A stretch of DNA of 56,857 nt from Elusimicrobiota bacterium (GTDB lineage Bacteria > Elusimicrobiota > Elusimicrobia > Elusimicrobiales > UBA9959). Location: the NCBI GenBank assembly GCA_018829985.1, contig JAHJSU010000333.1, forward strand, positions 1-56,857, given 5' to 3'. This document shows, in pieces, positions 8,927-17,735 of this stretch. Within the stretch, counting starts at the first letter, position 1. Each line of letters begins with the position of its first letter. The notes under the pieces are model-generated. The model searched no databases and was not told the DNA's origin. It saw nothing but the letters and a program-made list of their open reading frames with translations. The position numbers and the translations under genes were made by a program.

Positions 8927-9367
8927 ATGACCGAAGAAAAAAAACAACAACAGCAGCCTGGTACCGACAGCTCAAAAAAACAGGAGCATAAGCCCCAGCC
9001 GAAAAGAAGGCATCACGGTTCGGTGACTTTCGCGAAAGTCTACATCAACTGCTCCTTCAACAACACCATTGTCACCATTGCCGATGAAAAAGGAAATGTG
9101 CTGGCCTGGTCCACTTCCGGCGCCAATGGCTTCAGGGGAACCAAAAAAGGAACCCCTTTTGCCGCGCAGATAACCGCCTCCAAGGCGGCCGGCCGGGCGG
9201 TGGAGTACGGAGTAAAACAGGCCATAGTATTCGTCACCGGACCCGGCAACGGCAGAGAAACGGCGATCAGGGCGATAGGCTCTAGCGGCATCCACGTGCT
9301 CTCCATAAAAGACACCACGCCGATACCGCATAACGGCTGCAGGCCGCCCAAGCCGCGCAGAGTGTAA
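8927..9367 (+). CDS. rpsK: 30S ribosomal protein S11 (with N-terminal extension)
   Basis: [28 protein letters not shown]...[13 protein letters not shown]. Confidence 0.95.
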   Translation: MTEEKKQQQQPGTDSSKKQEHKPQPKRRHHGSVTFAKVYINCSFNNTIVTIADEKGNVLAWSTSGANGFRGTKKGTPFAAQITASKAAGRAVEYGVKQAIVFVTGPGNGRETAIRAIGSSGIHVLSIKDTTPIPHNGCRPPKPRRV

Positions 9368-9371
9368 ACAG

Positions 9372-9451
9372 CTGTAACCGGTACCCGGTAATCGGTAAAA
9401 GGGAGTTTCAACTATTCGTTACTGGTTACTGGTAACTGATTACCGGTTACC
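9372..9451. repeat. Word-hairpin (GGTAAnC words), rpsK-rpsD spacer
   Basis: CTGTAACCGGTACCCGGTAATCGGTAAAA vs CGTTACTGGTTACTGGTAACTGATTACCGGTTACC. Confidence 0.75.
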
Positions 9452-9469
9452 ATAGCTTTTTGGAGGATT

Positions 9470-10108
9470 ATGTCCAGATACACAGGTCCCAGCTGCAAAA
9501 AATGCGCCAAAATAAGTCAGAAGCTGTTCCTCAAAGGGAACAAATGCTTTACCAACTGCGCGGTGGATAAACAGCAGAAGGCAAGCCGCGACAAGAAATT
9601 CTCCTCAGGCCACGGCCATAGCAAAATATCCGACTACGCCAAGCACCTGCGCGAAAAGCAGAAAGCCCGGTTTATGGCGCAGATCGGAGAGGCTCAGTTC
9701 AAGAGATTCTTCTCGATGGCTTCCAAAGACAAAGGCAAGACCGGCGAGGCGCTGCTGCGCTTTTTGGAGGTGCGTCTCGATAACGTCGTCAGGCGTCTGG
9801 GGTTCGCGGTCTCGCTTAAGGCCGCGCGGCAGCTCGTTAACCATGGGCATATCCGCGTCAACGGCCGCCAGGCGGACATCCCGTCGGCCCTGGTCAAACC
9901 CGGAGACGTAGTGGCCATAAACCCCAAGGCCGCCCAGACGCTTCTCGTCAGGCAGGGGCTTGAACACGCGGAAAAATCCGCCCCCCGGCCGAGTTTTCTT
10001 GCCTACGACCCCGGCGCCATGACGGGTAAGATGGTGCGCTGGCCGGACCGCGGGGAAGTCTCAATAAACGTCGATGAACAGCTGATAGTGGAATTTTATT
10101 CCAAGTAA
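9470..10108 (+). CDS. rpsD: 30S ribosomal protein S4
   Basis: MSRYTGPSCKKC start and S4 RNA-binding domain (RLDNVVRRLGFA...HGHIRVNG). Confidence 0.95.
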   Translation: MSRYTGPSCKKCAKISQKLFLKGNKCFTNCAVDKQQKASRDKKFSSGHGHSKISDYAKHLREKQKARFMAQIGEAQFKRFFSMASKDKGKTGEALLRFLEVRLDNVVRRLGFAVSLKAARQLVNHGHIRVNGRQADIPSALVKPGDVVAINPKAAQTLLVRQGLEHAEKSAPRPSFLAYDPGAMTGKMVRWPDRGEVSINVDEQLIVEFYSK

Positions 10109-10137
10109 ACGCGTATTTAGAGGAGGTCGTTCAATCA

Positions 10138-11115
10138 ATGCCTAGTTTTTCAAAACAACTGATAATCCCCGAAGTTATAAACGCGGAGGAAAAGACCAGG
10201 ACCGAGAATTACTCTAAATTCACCGCCGAGCCCTATGAAAAGGGCTACGGCCATACCATAGGAAATTCCTTGAGGCGCATACTTCTGTCCAGCCTTGACG
10301 GCGCGGCCATAGTGGCCGTCAGGATAAAGGGCGCCAGGCACGAGTACTCCGCCATCAACGGCGTTGAGGAAGACGTCATCAACATGCTCTTAAACCTTAA
10401 AAAACTGAGGGTCCGCCTGACCGGCGAAGGCCCTGAGACCCTTACGTTGTCGGTGCGCGGCAAAAAAGAGGTGAAGGCCGCTGATATCAATGAAAACGCC
10501 AGCGTTACGATCATCAACAAAGACCTGGTCATAGCGCACGTCGAGTCGGGCGCCGTTTTTGAGGCGGAGCTTGAGATCGCCAGAGGCGCCGGTTACCTGA
10601 CTTCGGAAGAGATCAGGGCCCGCATGAACCTCCCGATAGACTTTATCCCCATGGACGCGCTTTTTTCTCCCATACAGAAAGTGCATTATACCGTGGAAAA
10701 CGCCAGAGTCGGCCAGCGCACGGACTATGACAGGCTGGTCCTTGAGGTATGGACCGACGGCAGCATCAGTCCGTCGGAAGCGGTGACAAAGACCGCCTCT
10801 CTTCTGCGCCGTTCCATCATCCCATTCCTGCCCGAAGCCGAAGCGTCGGGAGAGCCGGCCAAGGAAGCGGCTGCCGAGGCCGGGGAGAAGGGGATCAAGC
10901 TCAAAAGCACGCTGGAGCAGGGCGTGGAAATGATAGAACTTTCTTCGCGCGCTTCCAACTGCCTTAAAGTCGCCGGCATACGCACGATAGGCGAGCTGGT
11001 GGGAAAGACCGAAGACGATCTGCTGGCCGTTAAGAATTTCGGTAAGAAATCACTGGACGAGATCAAGGAAAAACTCAAAGAAATGGGACTTGAACTCGGG
11101 ATGAAGCCGGAATAA
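10138..11115 (+). CDS. rpoA: DNA-directed RNA polymerase subunit alpha
   Basis: GYGHTIGNSLRRILLSS N-terminal domain. C-terminal domain LSSRASNCLKVAGIRTIGELV...NFGKKSLDEIK. Confidence 0.95.
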   Translation: MPSFSKQLIIPEVINAEEKTRTENYSKFTAEPYEKGYGHTIGNSLRRILLSSLDGAAIVAVRIKGARHEYSAINGVEEDVINMLLNLKKLRVRLTGEGPETLTLSVRGKKEVKAADINENASVTIINKDLVIAHVESGAVFEAELEIARGAGYLTSEEIRARMNLPIDFIPMDALFSPIQKVHYTVENARVGQRTDYDRLVLEVWTDGSISPSEAVTKTASLLRRSIIPFLPEAEASGEPAKEAAAEAGEKGIKLKSTLEQGVEMIELSSRASNCLKVAGIRTIGELVGKTEDDLLAVKNFGKKSLDEIKEKLKEMGLELGMKPE

Positions 11116-11301
11116 CCCGAAAATTGCGAAGCAATTTTCGGAAGGCTAAAGGATAAAGGCTGAAGGATGAAGGAAAAGATACAGCAGATACGCCCGCTAT
11201 TTCAGCGGGCGCTCGCCGAACTGGCGAGCGATTTTTTCCGCCCCTTAGCCTTTATCCCTAATCCTTTATCCTTCCCGAAAAATTTAACTAAATTTTTCGG
11301 G
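11116..11301. repeat. Composite three-hairpin element, copy 2 (rpoA-rplQ spacer)
   Basis: Same architecture and near-identical arms as 5986-6174. The loop carries a terminator-like stem. Confidence 0.85.
11209..11238 (+). terminator. Intrinsic-terminator-like stem-loop plus T-run inside composite element copy 2
   Basis: GCTCGCC-GAACT-GGCGAGC followed by ATTTTTT. Confidence 0.45.
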
Positions 11302-11316
11302 ATTTAGGATCCATTT

Positions 11317-11661
11317 ATGATAAAAAACCTCGGACACAGAAAGCTTTCAAAGACAGGCTCTCACAGGCGCGCCATGTTCTCGAATATGGCGACCAGCCTT
11401 CTCCTGCATGAGAAGATAAGGACCACCCTGCCCAAGGCTAAGGAACTCAGGCGCGTGGTGGAAGGGATCATTAATGATGCCAAGAAGGGGCGCAAATTCT
11501 CGGTCAGGAAGGCCGTGCATAGCAGGAACGTCTATAATAAGATCTTCGATGTGATAGCCCCCAGGTACAAGGACCGCGCCGGCGGCTGCACCAGGATCCT
11601 CAGGCTTGGCGCCAGGAAAGGCGACGCCGCCGAAACAGCCATGATCAAATTAGTAGACTAA
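11317..11661 (+). CDS. rplQ: 50S ribosomal protein L17
   Basis: [25 protein letters not shown] signature. Confidence 0.95.
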   Translation: MIKNLGHRKLSKTGSHRRAMFSNMATSLLLHEKIRTTLPKAKELRRVVEGIINDAKKGRKFSVRKAVHSRNVYNKIFDVIAPRYKDRAGGCTRILRLGARKGDAAETAMIKLVD

Positions 11662-11663
11662 AA

Positions 11664-12707
11664 ATGTTCTTCGATTATTTCTTCAGCCTTTTTTCCAACG
11701 ACATAGGCATAGACCTGGGCACGGCCAACACGCTGGTCTATGTCAAGGGCAAGGGCATCGTTCTGCGCGAGCCCTCCGTTGTCGCTATCGACAGGAACCG
11801 GAGAAAAGTGCTGGCCGTCGGCAGCGAGGCCAAGCGGATGCTGGGACGCACGCCTTCCAATATCGTCGCCGTAAGGCCGTTGCGGAACGGCGTTATCGCC
11901 GACTTCGAAGTCACCCAGGAAATGATCAAGCATTTTATCAGGAAAGTGCACAACAGGCGCAGCCTCCTGCACCCCAGGATAGTGATAGGCATCCCCTCGA
12001 GCATAACCGAGGTGGAAAAGCGCGCGGTGCAGGAATCGGCGGAGCAGGCGGGCGCCCGGGAGGTTTATCTTATAGAAGAGCCCATGGCCGCCGCCATAGG
12101 CTCGGAGCTGCCCGTCTCGGAGCCCCATGCCAGCATGATCTGCGATATAGGCGGCGGCACCACCGAGGTGGCCGTCATATCTTTGGGCGGCATGGTGGTG
12201 GCCAAATCGATCGATGTGGCCGGCGACGAGATGGACGACTGCATAGTCCAGTATTTCAGGAGAAAACACAATCTGGTTATAGGTGAAACTACCGCGGAAG
12301 AGGTAAAGATACAGATCGGATCGGTTTTTCCGTTAAAAGAAGAAAAGACCATAGAGGTCAAGGGCCGGGATCAGGCGAAAGGCATGCCCAAAACAATTCT
12401 TGTGACTTCGGAAGAGATAAGACAGGCTCTGATGGAGCCGGTCCAGCTCATAGTTGACGTTATAAAACAGGTTTTGGAAGAAACCCCGCCCGAACTTTCC
12501 TCCGACCTTGTGGACAGGGGCATGGTGCTTGCCGGCGGAGGCTCCTTATTAAGGGGCTTTCCGGAGCTTATAAGGCAGGAAACCGAATTGCCGGTTCACA
12601 GGGCGGCCGATCCGCTTAGCTGTGTCGCCTTGGGATGCGGCAAGTACCTTGAAGAACTCGACAAGATACAGCAGAGACCCGATTTTTTGAAGCCATACCG
12701 CAGTTAA
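11664..12707 (+). CDS. mreB: Rod shape-determining protein MreB
   Basis: [15 protein letters not shown] and actin-fold phosphate motifs ([12 protein letters not shown]). Starts 2 nt after the rplQ stop. Confidence 0.95.
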   Translation: MFFDYFFSLFSNDIGIDLGTANTLVYVKGKGIVLREPSVVAIDRNRRKVLAVGSEAKRMLGRTPSNIVAVRPLRNGVIADFEVTQEMIKHFIRKVHNRRSLLHPRIVIGIPSSITEVEKRAVQESAEQAGAREVYLIEEPMAAAIGSELPVSEPHASMICDIGGGTTEVAVISLGGMVVAKSIDVAGDEMDDCIVQYFRRKHNLVIGETTAEEVKIQIGSVFPLKEEKTIEVKGRDQAKGMPKTILVTSEEIRQALMEPVQLIVDVIKQVLEETPPELSSDLVDRGMVLAGGGSLLRGFPELIRQETELPVHRAADPLSCVALGCGKYLEELDKIQQRPDFLKPYRS

Positions 12708-12842
12708 CCGACGGCGCTTGGAGTTTTTCCGCCTAAGGCGGACCCGTAGGTTGTTTGGCGGGCGATCCTAATGCAGCTTAGTACAGGATCGGATTTCCGG
12801 AACTCAGGCGCTTAAAGTTTCCCGCTTAAAATCGAGTCTTTG

Positions 12843-13023
12843 CCCGAAAATTGCAGTTGAAGTCGTCCGCTGAAGGCGGATATCCATTGCAATTTTCGAA
12901 GGATAAAGGATGAAGGCTAAAGGATGAGGGTAAAAACACTGGAAAACAAAAAGATTTTTCCGTCCCTTAGCCTTTATCCTTTAGCCTTAAGCCTTCCCGA
13001 AAAATTCATCTGAATTTTTCGGG
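12843..13023. repeat. Composite three-hairpin element, copy 3 (mreB-mreC spacer)
   Basis: Same architecture. Partial copies lie at 24245-24345 and 36699-36779. Confidence 0.85.
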
Positions 13024-13040
13024 TTATATAAGGAAAGACT

Positions 13041-13901
13041 ATGAACAGGGAAAAAGACATGGCGAATTACGCTTTCGTCTTTTTCGTCTTCCTTTCGGCG
13101 CTTTTGCTGTTGTTCCCTTCCACCAGGGTCGCCCAGACCGCCAGAATAATAGCCAGTTACAGCCTGTATCCTTCGCTTCATTACGGCGCCAAATACGACT
13201 ATTACATCCGCAACGTCCCGGAAAATTTCCTGAATCTCCTGAAGACCGACCAGGAAAACCGGGCCTTGAAAAGCAAGATAAAAGAACTGGAGATCTCCGT
13301 TAAAACCGCCAGGGCGGCCGAGGCCGAAAACCAGCGCCTTACCGGAGAGATGGGGCTTTCAAGGAACCTCGCTTTCAGGGGGGTATGGGCCAGGGTAATC
13401 AACAAGAACCCGCTGGACTGGTACGGGTCTTTCTTTATAAACAAGGGCGCTAAAGCGGGCATTACGCTGAACGCCACCGTGATCGGGTTCGAAACCGCCC
13501 GCCTCGGCCTGATCGGCAGGGTATTCGAAGTCTATCCGGATTTTTCCAAAGTGCTTCTGATAACCAACGGGGCTTCATCGGTCATAGGCTCCGTGCCGGG
13601 CGCCAATTTTGAGGGTCTGGCCGAAGGCAGGGGCACCTGGCTTTTAAAGGTGAATTATATTCCCGAAGGCTCCGATATCGCCGAAGGCATGGAGCTTATA
13701 ACTTCTCCGAGCGGGCTCCTTTTCCCGCCGGGGCTGCCGGTGGGCCGGGTGGCCAGGGTCCACCCGAAAGAATCGTTCATGAATTTCATAACCGCCGATG
13801 TGGCGCCGGCCATAAGCATCAACTCGCTTAAAGAAGTATACGTGATAAAAAGGGACCTGCCCGCGGACCTCTACGGGCTCTCGGAAGGCGTAAAGAAATG
13901 A
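13041..13901 (+). CDS. mreC: Rod shape-determining protein MreC
   Basis: N-terminal TM segment, coiled coil (ENRALKSKIKELE) and C-terminal SPSGLLFPPGLPVGRV motif. Position between mreB and mreD. Confidence 0.85.
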   Translation: MNREKDMANYAFVFFVFLSALLLLFPSTRVAQTARIIASYSLYPSLHYGAKYDYYIRNVPENFLNLLKTDQENRALKSKIKELEISVKTARAAEAENQRLTGEMGLSRNLAFRGVWARVINKNPLDWYGSFFINKGAKAGITLNATVIGFETARLGLIGRVFEVYPDFSKVLLITNGASSVIGSVPGANFEGLAEGRGTWLLKVNYIPEGSDIAEGMELITSPSGLLFPPGLPVGRVARVHPKESFMNFITADVAPAISINSLKEVYVIKRDLPADLYGLSEGVKK

Positions 13902-14377
13902 TATTTATAGGCGATATTCTTTTATACGTTCTGACCGGCCTCGCCTGCTGGTGGTGGACGGCCAACATGTCCGCCTTCGGCGTGGCGCCGAATATAGTGT
14001 TCATGGCCGCGCTCTCTGCCGCCATCCTCGCCCGGCCGGCCAAAGCCATGGCGTACGGCTTTTTCTTCGGCGTTTACCTGGACATTCTGGGCTCTAATAT
14101 CCTCGGCGCTTACGCGCTTACCTACACGCTGATGGCTTATGCCGTTTACGTCCTTAAAAGGCATTTCGACCTGATAGGCGTATTTTCGCAGATAATAGCG
14201 GCGCTTACGCTTTCGGCGCTTACCATGCTGTTCTATCAGGGCCTGTCGCTGATTTTCGCGAAAATAAATCCGCTTGATCTTAAGGCGTTCCTTGTGGAGC
14301 CGTTCTTAAACGCCGCGCTCGCGCCTTTCGTCTTTTATCTGTTCGCGCGGCTCAAAAAAGGATTCAACATCTTATGA
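13898..14377 (+). CDS. mreD: Rod shape-determining protein MreD
   Basis: 159-aa polytopic membrane ORF. Overlaps mreC and mrdA by 4 nt at each end. Confidence 0.75.
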   Translation: MIFIGDILLYVLTGLACWWWTANMSAFGVAPNIVFMAALSAAILARPAKAMAYGFFFGVYLDILGSNILGAYALTYTLMAYAVYVLKRHFDLIGVFSQIIAALTLSALTMLFYQGLSLIFAKINPLDLKAFLVEPFLNAALAPFVFYLFARLKKGFNIL

Positions 14378-16299
14378 TAGAGCGGGGGATATCGCGGGAC
14401 AGGCTGGACATCTTATGGCTGTGCGTGGCGGCGGTCGGCCTGGTATTTTTCCTGCGCCTGGTCAATCTTCAGATACTGATGCACACTTATTACAGGAATA
14501 TAGCGGAGAAAAACAGGACCCAGATCCTGCCGCAGTCCGCGCCCAGAGGCAGGATCTACACCAGGGATTCGGCGGCAGTGGCCGCCAATAAACCCTCTTT
14601 CAGCCTGATCTATTTCCCCGGCCGGCTTCGTTCGGTGGACACCATGGATAAAATAGCCGCAAGCCTGGCCAGACGCCTGAGCGTGCCTTTTGAGGAGCTG
14701 CGCGCCAGCCTTTACAAGGCGGTAAAAAAAGAGGCGCCCATGCGCCTGGCGGAAAATCTTTCCTTAAAAGCCATGTTTTCCCTTTCCGAGCTTAAAACCC
14801 TGTATGAGGGGATAGACATCATCGTGGAGGCCAGGCGTTATTATCCTTTCGGCAACTATCTGAGCCACCTTACCGGCTACATAAGCAAGATGGATGCAAA
14901 AGAGTGGGCGATATACGGAAAAAATAAAAATTACAGCATGGACTCCCGCGTGGGCAAGACCGGCCTGGAAAAAAAGTACGAGAAAAACCTTAAAGGCAAA
15001 GACGGCGGCATTTACCTTGAGGTGGACGCGCGCGGCAAATTAAACAGGATACTTGAAAGCAGAAAATGGGCGCCCGGCGCGGACATATACCTGACCGTAG
15101 ATTCAAAGATACAGGCCGCCGCCGAGGCGGGGCTTAAAAAATCTTCCACCAGCAGAGGCGCCGTGGTGGCCATAGATCCCCGCAGCGGGGCGGTCCTCGC
15201 CATAGCCTCCATGCCCGATTACGACCCGAACAGGTTCGTATCCTATTCGGACGAGAAAACCGAGGACGATTTTAAAGAGCTGCCGGAATTTAATGTCGCC
15301 ATCCAGGGAACCTACCCTCCCGGCTCGATCTTCAAGATCGTGAGCGCGGTCGCCGCCTTTGAATCCGGAAGGCTCGACCCCGCGGAGGCTTTTTTCTGCC
15401 CCGGTTACTACGACGCCGGGAGCCGTGTCTTTAAATGCTGGGAGAAAAAGGGACACGGACGCATGGATTTCATGCAGGGACTGACCCACTCCTGTGATGT
15501 CTATTTTTACAACCTCGGGCTTAAAACCGGCGCGCTGAACATAGAGAAATACTCCAGGGCTTTCCGCCTGGGCATGCCGACCGGCATTCCCCTGCCGGAT
15601 GAAAAAAGCGGCAACGTTTTCGGCCCCAGCAAAAGGGCGGCCAGGAAAAGCTACTGGTTCATAGGCGACACGCTGAATTTGAGCATAGGGCAGGGGGAGT
15701 TGCTTGTGACCCCGATACAGATGGCCCAGATGGCCGCGGCGGTGGCCAACGGCGGAGTTTTCTGGCGGCCGTATTATGTGGAGCGGGTCGTCAACAGCGA
15801 GGGGAAGGATGTTTTTAAGGGCAAACCGGAGCTGCTGTCCAAAGTGGTTTTAAAAGACAGTACCTGGGCGCTCATCAGGGACGGACTGAAACAGGTCGTC
15901 CTTGAAGGCACGGGACGGGCCGCTAAAATAAACGGCGTTGAGGTGTTCGGCAAGACCGGCACGGCCCAGAACCCGCATGGCAAAGACCACGCCTGGTTCG
16001 TGGCTTTCGCCCGGCTTCCAGGTGAGGATTCCGAAATAGCCGTCGCGGTGCTGGTGGAGTACGGCGAGCACGGCGCTTCTTCCGCCGCGCCCATAGCCAG
16101 GGATGTTATAAAGGCCGCTTTGCGCGGCAAATTGCCGGAGCGCCGGGAAAAGTCGCAGGGCACAGGTCAGAGGTCAGAGGTCAGAGGTCAGAGGTCAGAG
16201 GTCACGGCGGAAGATGCGGGAGCCGAGCCGCCGACCGCTCAAAGCGGCCTTGAAGAGCTTTCCGTTTCCACGACCGCTGTACTGGAGGAGGGGCGATGA
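14374..16299 (+). CDS. mrdA: Penicillin-binding protein 2 (elongasome transpeptidase)
   Basis: PBP dimerisation and transpeptidase motifs (SIFK, GKTGTAQ). Synteny with rodA. The C-terminal tail contains a heptamer repeat. Confidence 0.9.
   Translation: MIERGISRDRLDILWLCVAAVGLVFFLRLVNLQILMHTYYRNIAEKNRTQILPQSAPRGRIYTRDSAAVAANKPSFSLIYFPGRLRSVDTMDKIAASLARRLSVPFEELRASLYKAVKKEAPMRLAENLSLKAMFSLSELKTLYEGIDIIVEARRYYPFGNYLSHLTGYISKMDAKEWAIYGKNKNYSMDSRVGKTGLEKKYEKNLKGKDGGIYLEVDARGKLNRILESRKWAPGADIYLTVDSKIQAAAEAGLKKSSTSRGAVVAIDPRSGAVLAIASMPDYDPNRFVSYSDEKTEDDFKELPEFNVAIQGTYPPGSIFKIVSAVAAFESGRLDPAEAFFCPGYYDAGSRVFKCWEKKGHGRMDFMQGLTHSCDVYFYNLGLKTGALNIEKYSRAFRLGMPTGIPLPDEKSGNVFGPSKRAARKSYWFIGDTLNLSIGQGELLVTPIQMAQMAAAVANGGVFWRPYYVERVVNSEGKDVFKGKPELLSKVVLKDSTWALIRDGLKQVVLEGTGRAAKINGVEVFGKTGTAQNPHGKDHAWFVAFARLPGEDSEIAVAVLVEYGEHGASSAAPIARDVIKAALRGKLPERREKSQGTGQRSEVRGQRSEVTAEDAGAEPPTAQSGLEELSVSTTAVLEEGR
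16164..16205 (+). repeat. (AGGTCAG)5 + AGGTCAC tandem heptamer inside the mrdA 3' end
   Basis: Read directly. 42 bp = 14 codons, translated as GQRSEVRGQRSEV. Confidence 0.9.
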
Positions 16300-17636
16300 T
16301 CTTCACTCCTTCCGGCGGGTTTAAGAAAAATCGGGTGGACTGGATACTCTTTTTTACGGTCATAGCCCTTTTAACTTTGGGGTCGCTCGCCATCTTCTCT
16401 TCGGTCGCCGTTTTGCCGCAGCAGGCGCGGATCATAAGGACTCATCTGATAGCGATCCCTTTGGGGTTTGCGGCTTTTGCGGTCATATGGAGCCTCAATT
16501 ACCAGATATTCCAGGACCAGTGGAAATTCGTATACGGGGCGGCGCTCCTTATACTCCTGGGTGTGCTTATATTCGGCGTAGTGGATAAGGGGTCCAGGTC
16601 CTGGTACCACCTGTCTTTATTTTCCGTGCAGCCTTCCGAGTTCGCGCGCATAGCCCTGATACTCGTGATCGCCAATTATCTGGATAAAAGGATAACCAGG
16701 ATCCGGGAATTTCCGGTGGTGCTCGGGGCGATATTTTTAAGCCTGCCGGTGTTCTTACTGCTTATAAAACAGCCGGACTTCTCGGCTGTCCTTATAACGC
16801 TGCCGGTGGTCCTTATAATGCTTTTCGCGGCCGGAGCCAATTTCTTCCACCTGTCCGTCATTCTGGGTTACAGTTTTATCACGGCGCTTTTCCCGGTGCT
16901 CTGGACCGTTATAACGCTTAATCCCGAACTGCTGGAAAGTCCGGTGATAAATTATTTTTTCCATCTTCCGGATTTCGGCTGGAATACGCTGCTCTTTGTG
17001 GCGGGCGTGGGCGCGGCCGCGTATTTATTGTGGGTCCTGTCGGTGAAACTGTACTCCAATATTTCAGGGATGTTTTTTGCCGGAGCGGCGGTCGTTCTGG
17101 TGCTGGGTTTCTTTTCGGGCATTATGGTGAAGAACCAGATGAAGGATTATCAGCAGAAGCGTCTTAAAGTGTTTCTCTCCCCGGAATCCGACCCCCGCGG
17201 CGCCGGGTATAATCTGCTGCAGGCGCGCATAGCCATAGGTTCGGGCGGGTTGTTTGGCAAAGGCATATTTTCCGGCACGCAGTCGAGGCTCGGTTTCGTG
17301 CCCGAGCGGCATACGGATTTTATCCTGGCGGTCATAGGCGAGGAGCTGGGGTTCTGGGGCACCATGCTTGTCATGGGTCTTTATGTGCTTATTCTGGGAA
17401 GGCTGAAGGCCTGCGCTCATCTTGCCCGCGACCGGTTCGGCTACCTGGTGAACTGCGGGATATTCGGCATGTTTATGGTGTATTTCTTTATCAATTTCGG
17501 GATGCTGCTGGGCTTGAGCCCTGTGGCCGGCGTGCCCCTGCCGCTTTTGTCTTACGGCGGGTCGAACCTGGTGGCCACGCTTATGGCACTGGGTCTGGCG
17601 CAGTCGATTTACGCAAGGAGATACGCTTTGGTCTAA
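16296..17636 (+). CDS. rodA: Peptidoglycan glycosyltransferase RodA (SEDS family)
   Basis: Polytopic SEDS protein (...PERHTDFILAVIGEELGF...PLPLLSYGGS). 4-nt overlap with mrdA. Confidence 0.92.
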   Translation: MIFTPSGGFKKNRVDWILFFTVIALLTLGSLAIFSSVAVLPQQARIIRTHLIAIPLGFAAFAVIWSLNYQIFQDQWKFVYGAALLILLGVLIFGVVDKGSRSWYHLSLFSVQPSEFARIALILVIANYLDKRITRIREFPVVLGAIFLSLPVFLLLIKQPDFSAVLITLPVVLIMLFAAGANFFHLSVILGYSFITALFPVLWTVITLNPELLESPVINYFFHLPDFGWNTLLFVAGVGAAAYLLWVLSVKLYSNISGMFFAGAAVVLVLGFFSGIMVKNQMKDYQQKRLKVFLSPESDPRGAGYNLLQARIAIGSGGLFGKGIFSGTQSRLGFVPERHTDFILAVIGEELGFWGTMLVMGLYVLILGRLKACAHLARDRFGYLVNCGIFGMFMVYFFINFGMLLGLSPVAGVPLPLLSYGGSNLVATLMALGLAQSIYARRYALV

Positions 17637-17643
17637 AAAGAAA

Positions 17644-17716
17644 GGGTATAGGGGCTAGGGTAGAGGGTGCGGAAATAAGGAACTCCTTACCCTGAACCCT
17701 ATACCCTCTACCCTAG
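17644..17716. repeat. Word-hairpin (GGGTAnA words), rodA downstream
   Basis: Phased GGGTATA-GGGGCTA-GGGTAGA-GGGTGCG vs CCTTACCCTGAACCCTATACCCTCTACCCTAG. The same family occurs at 25934-25962, 26743-26800, 21785-21865 and 38340-38430. Confidence 0.8.
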
Positions 17717-17735
17717 AAGTAGTATCGTGATTTTT

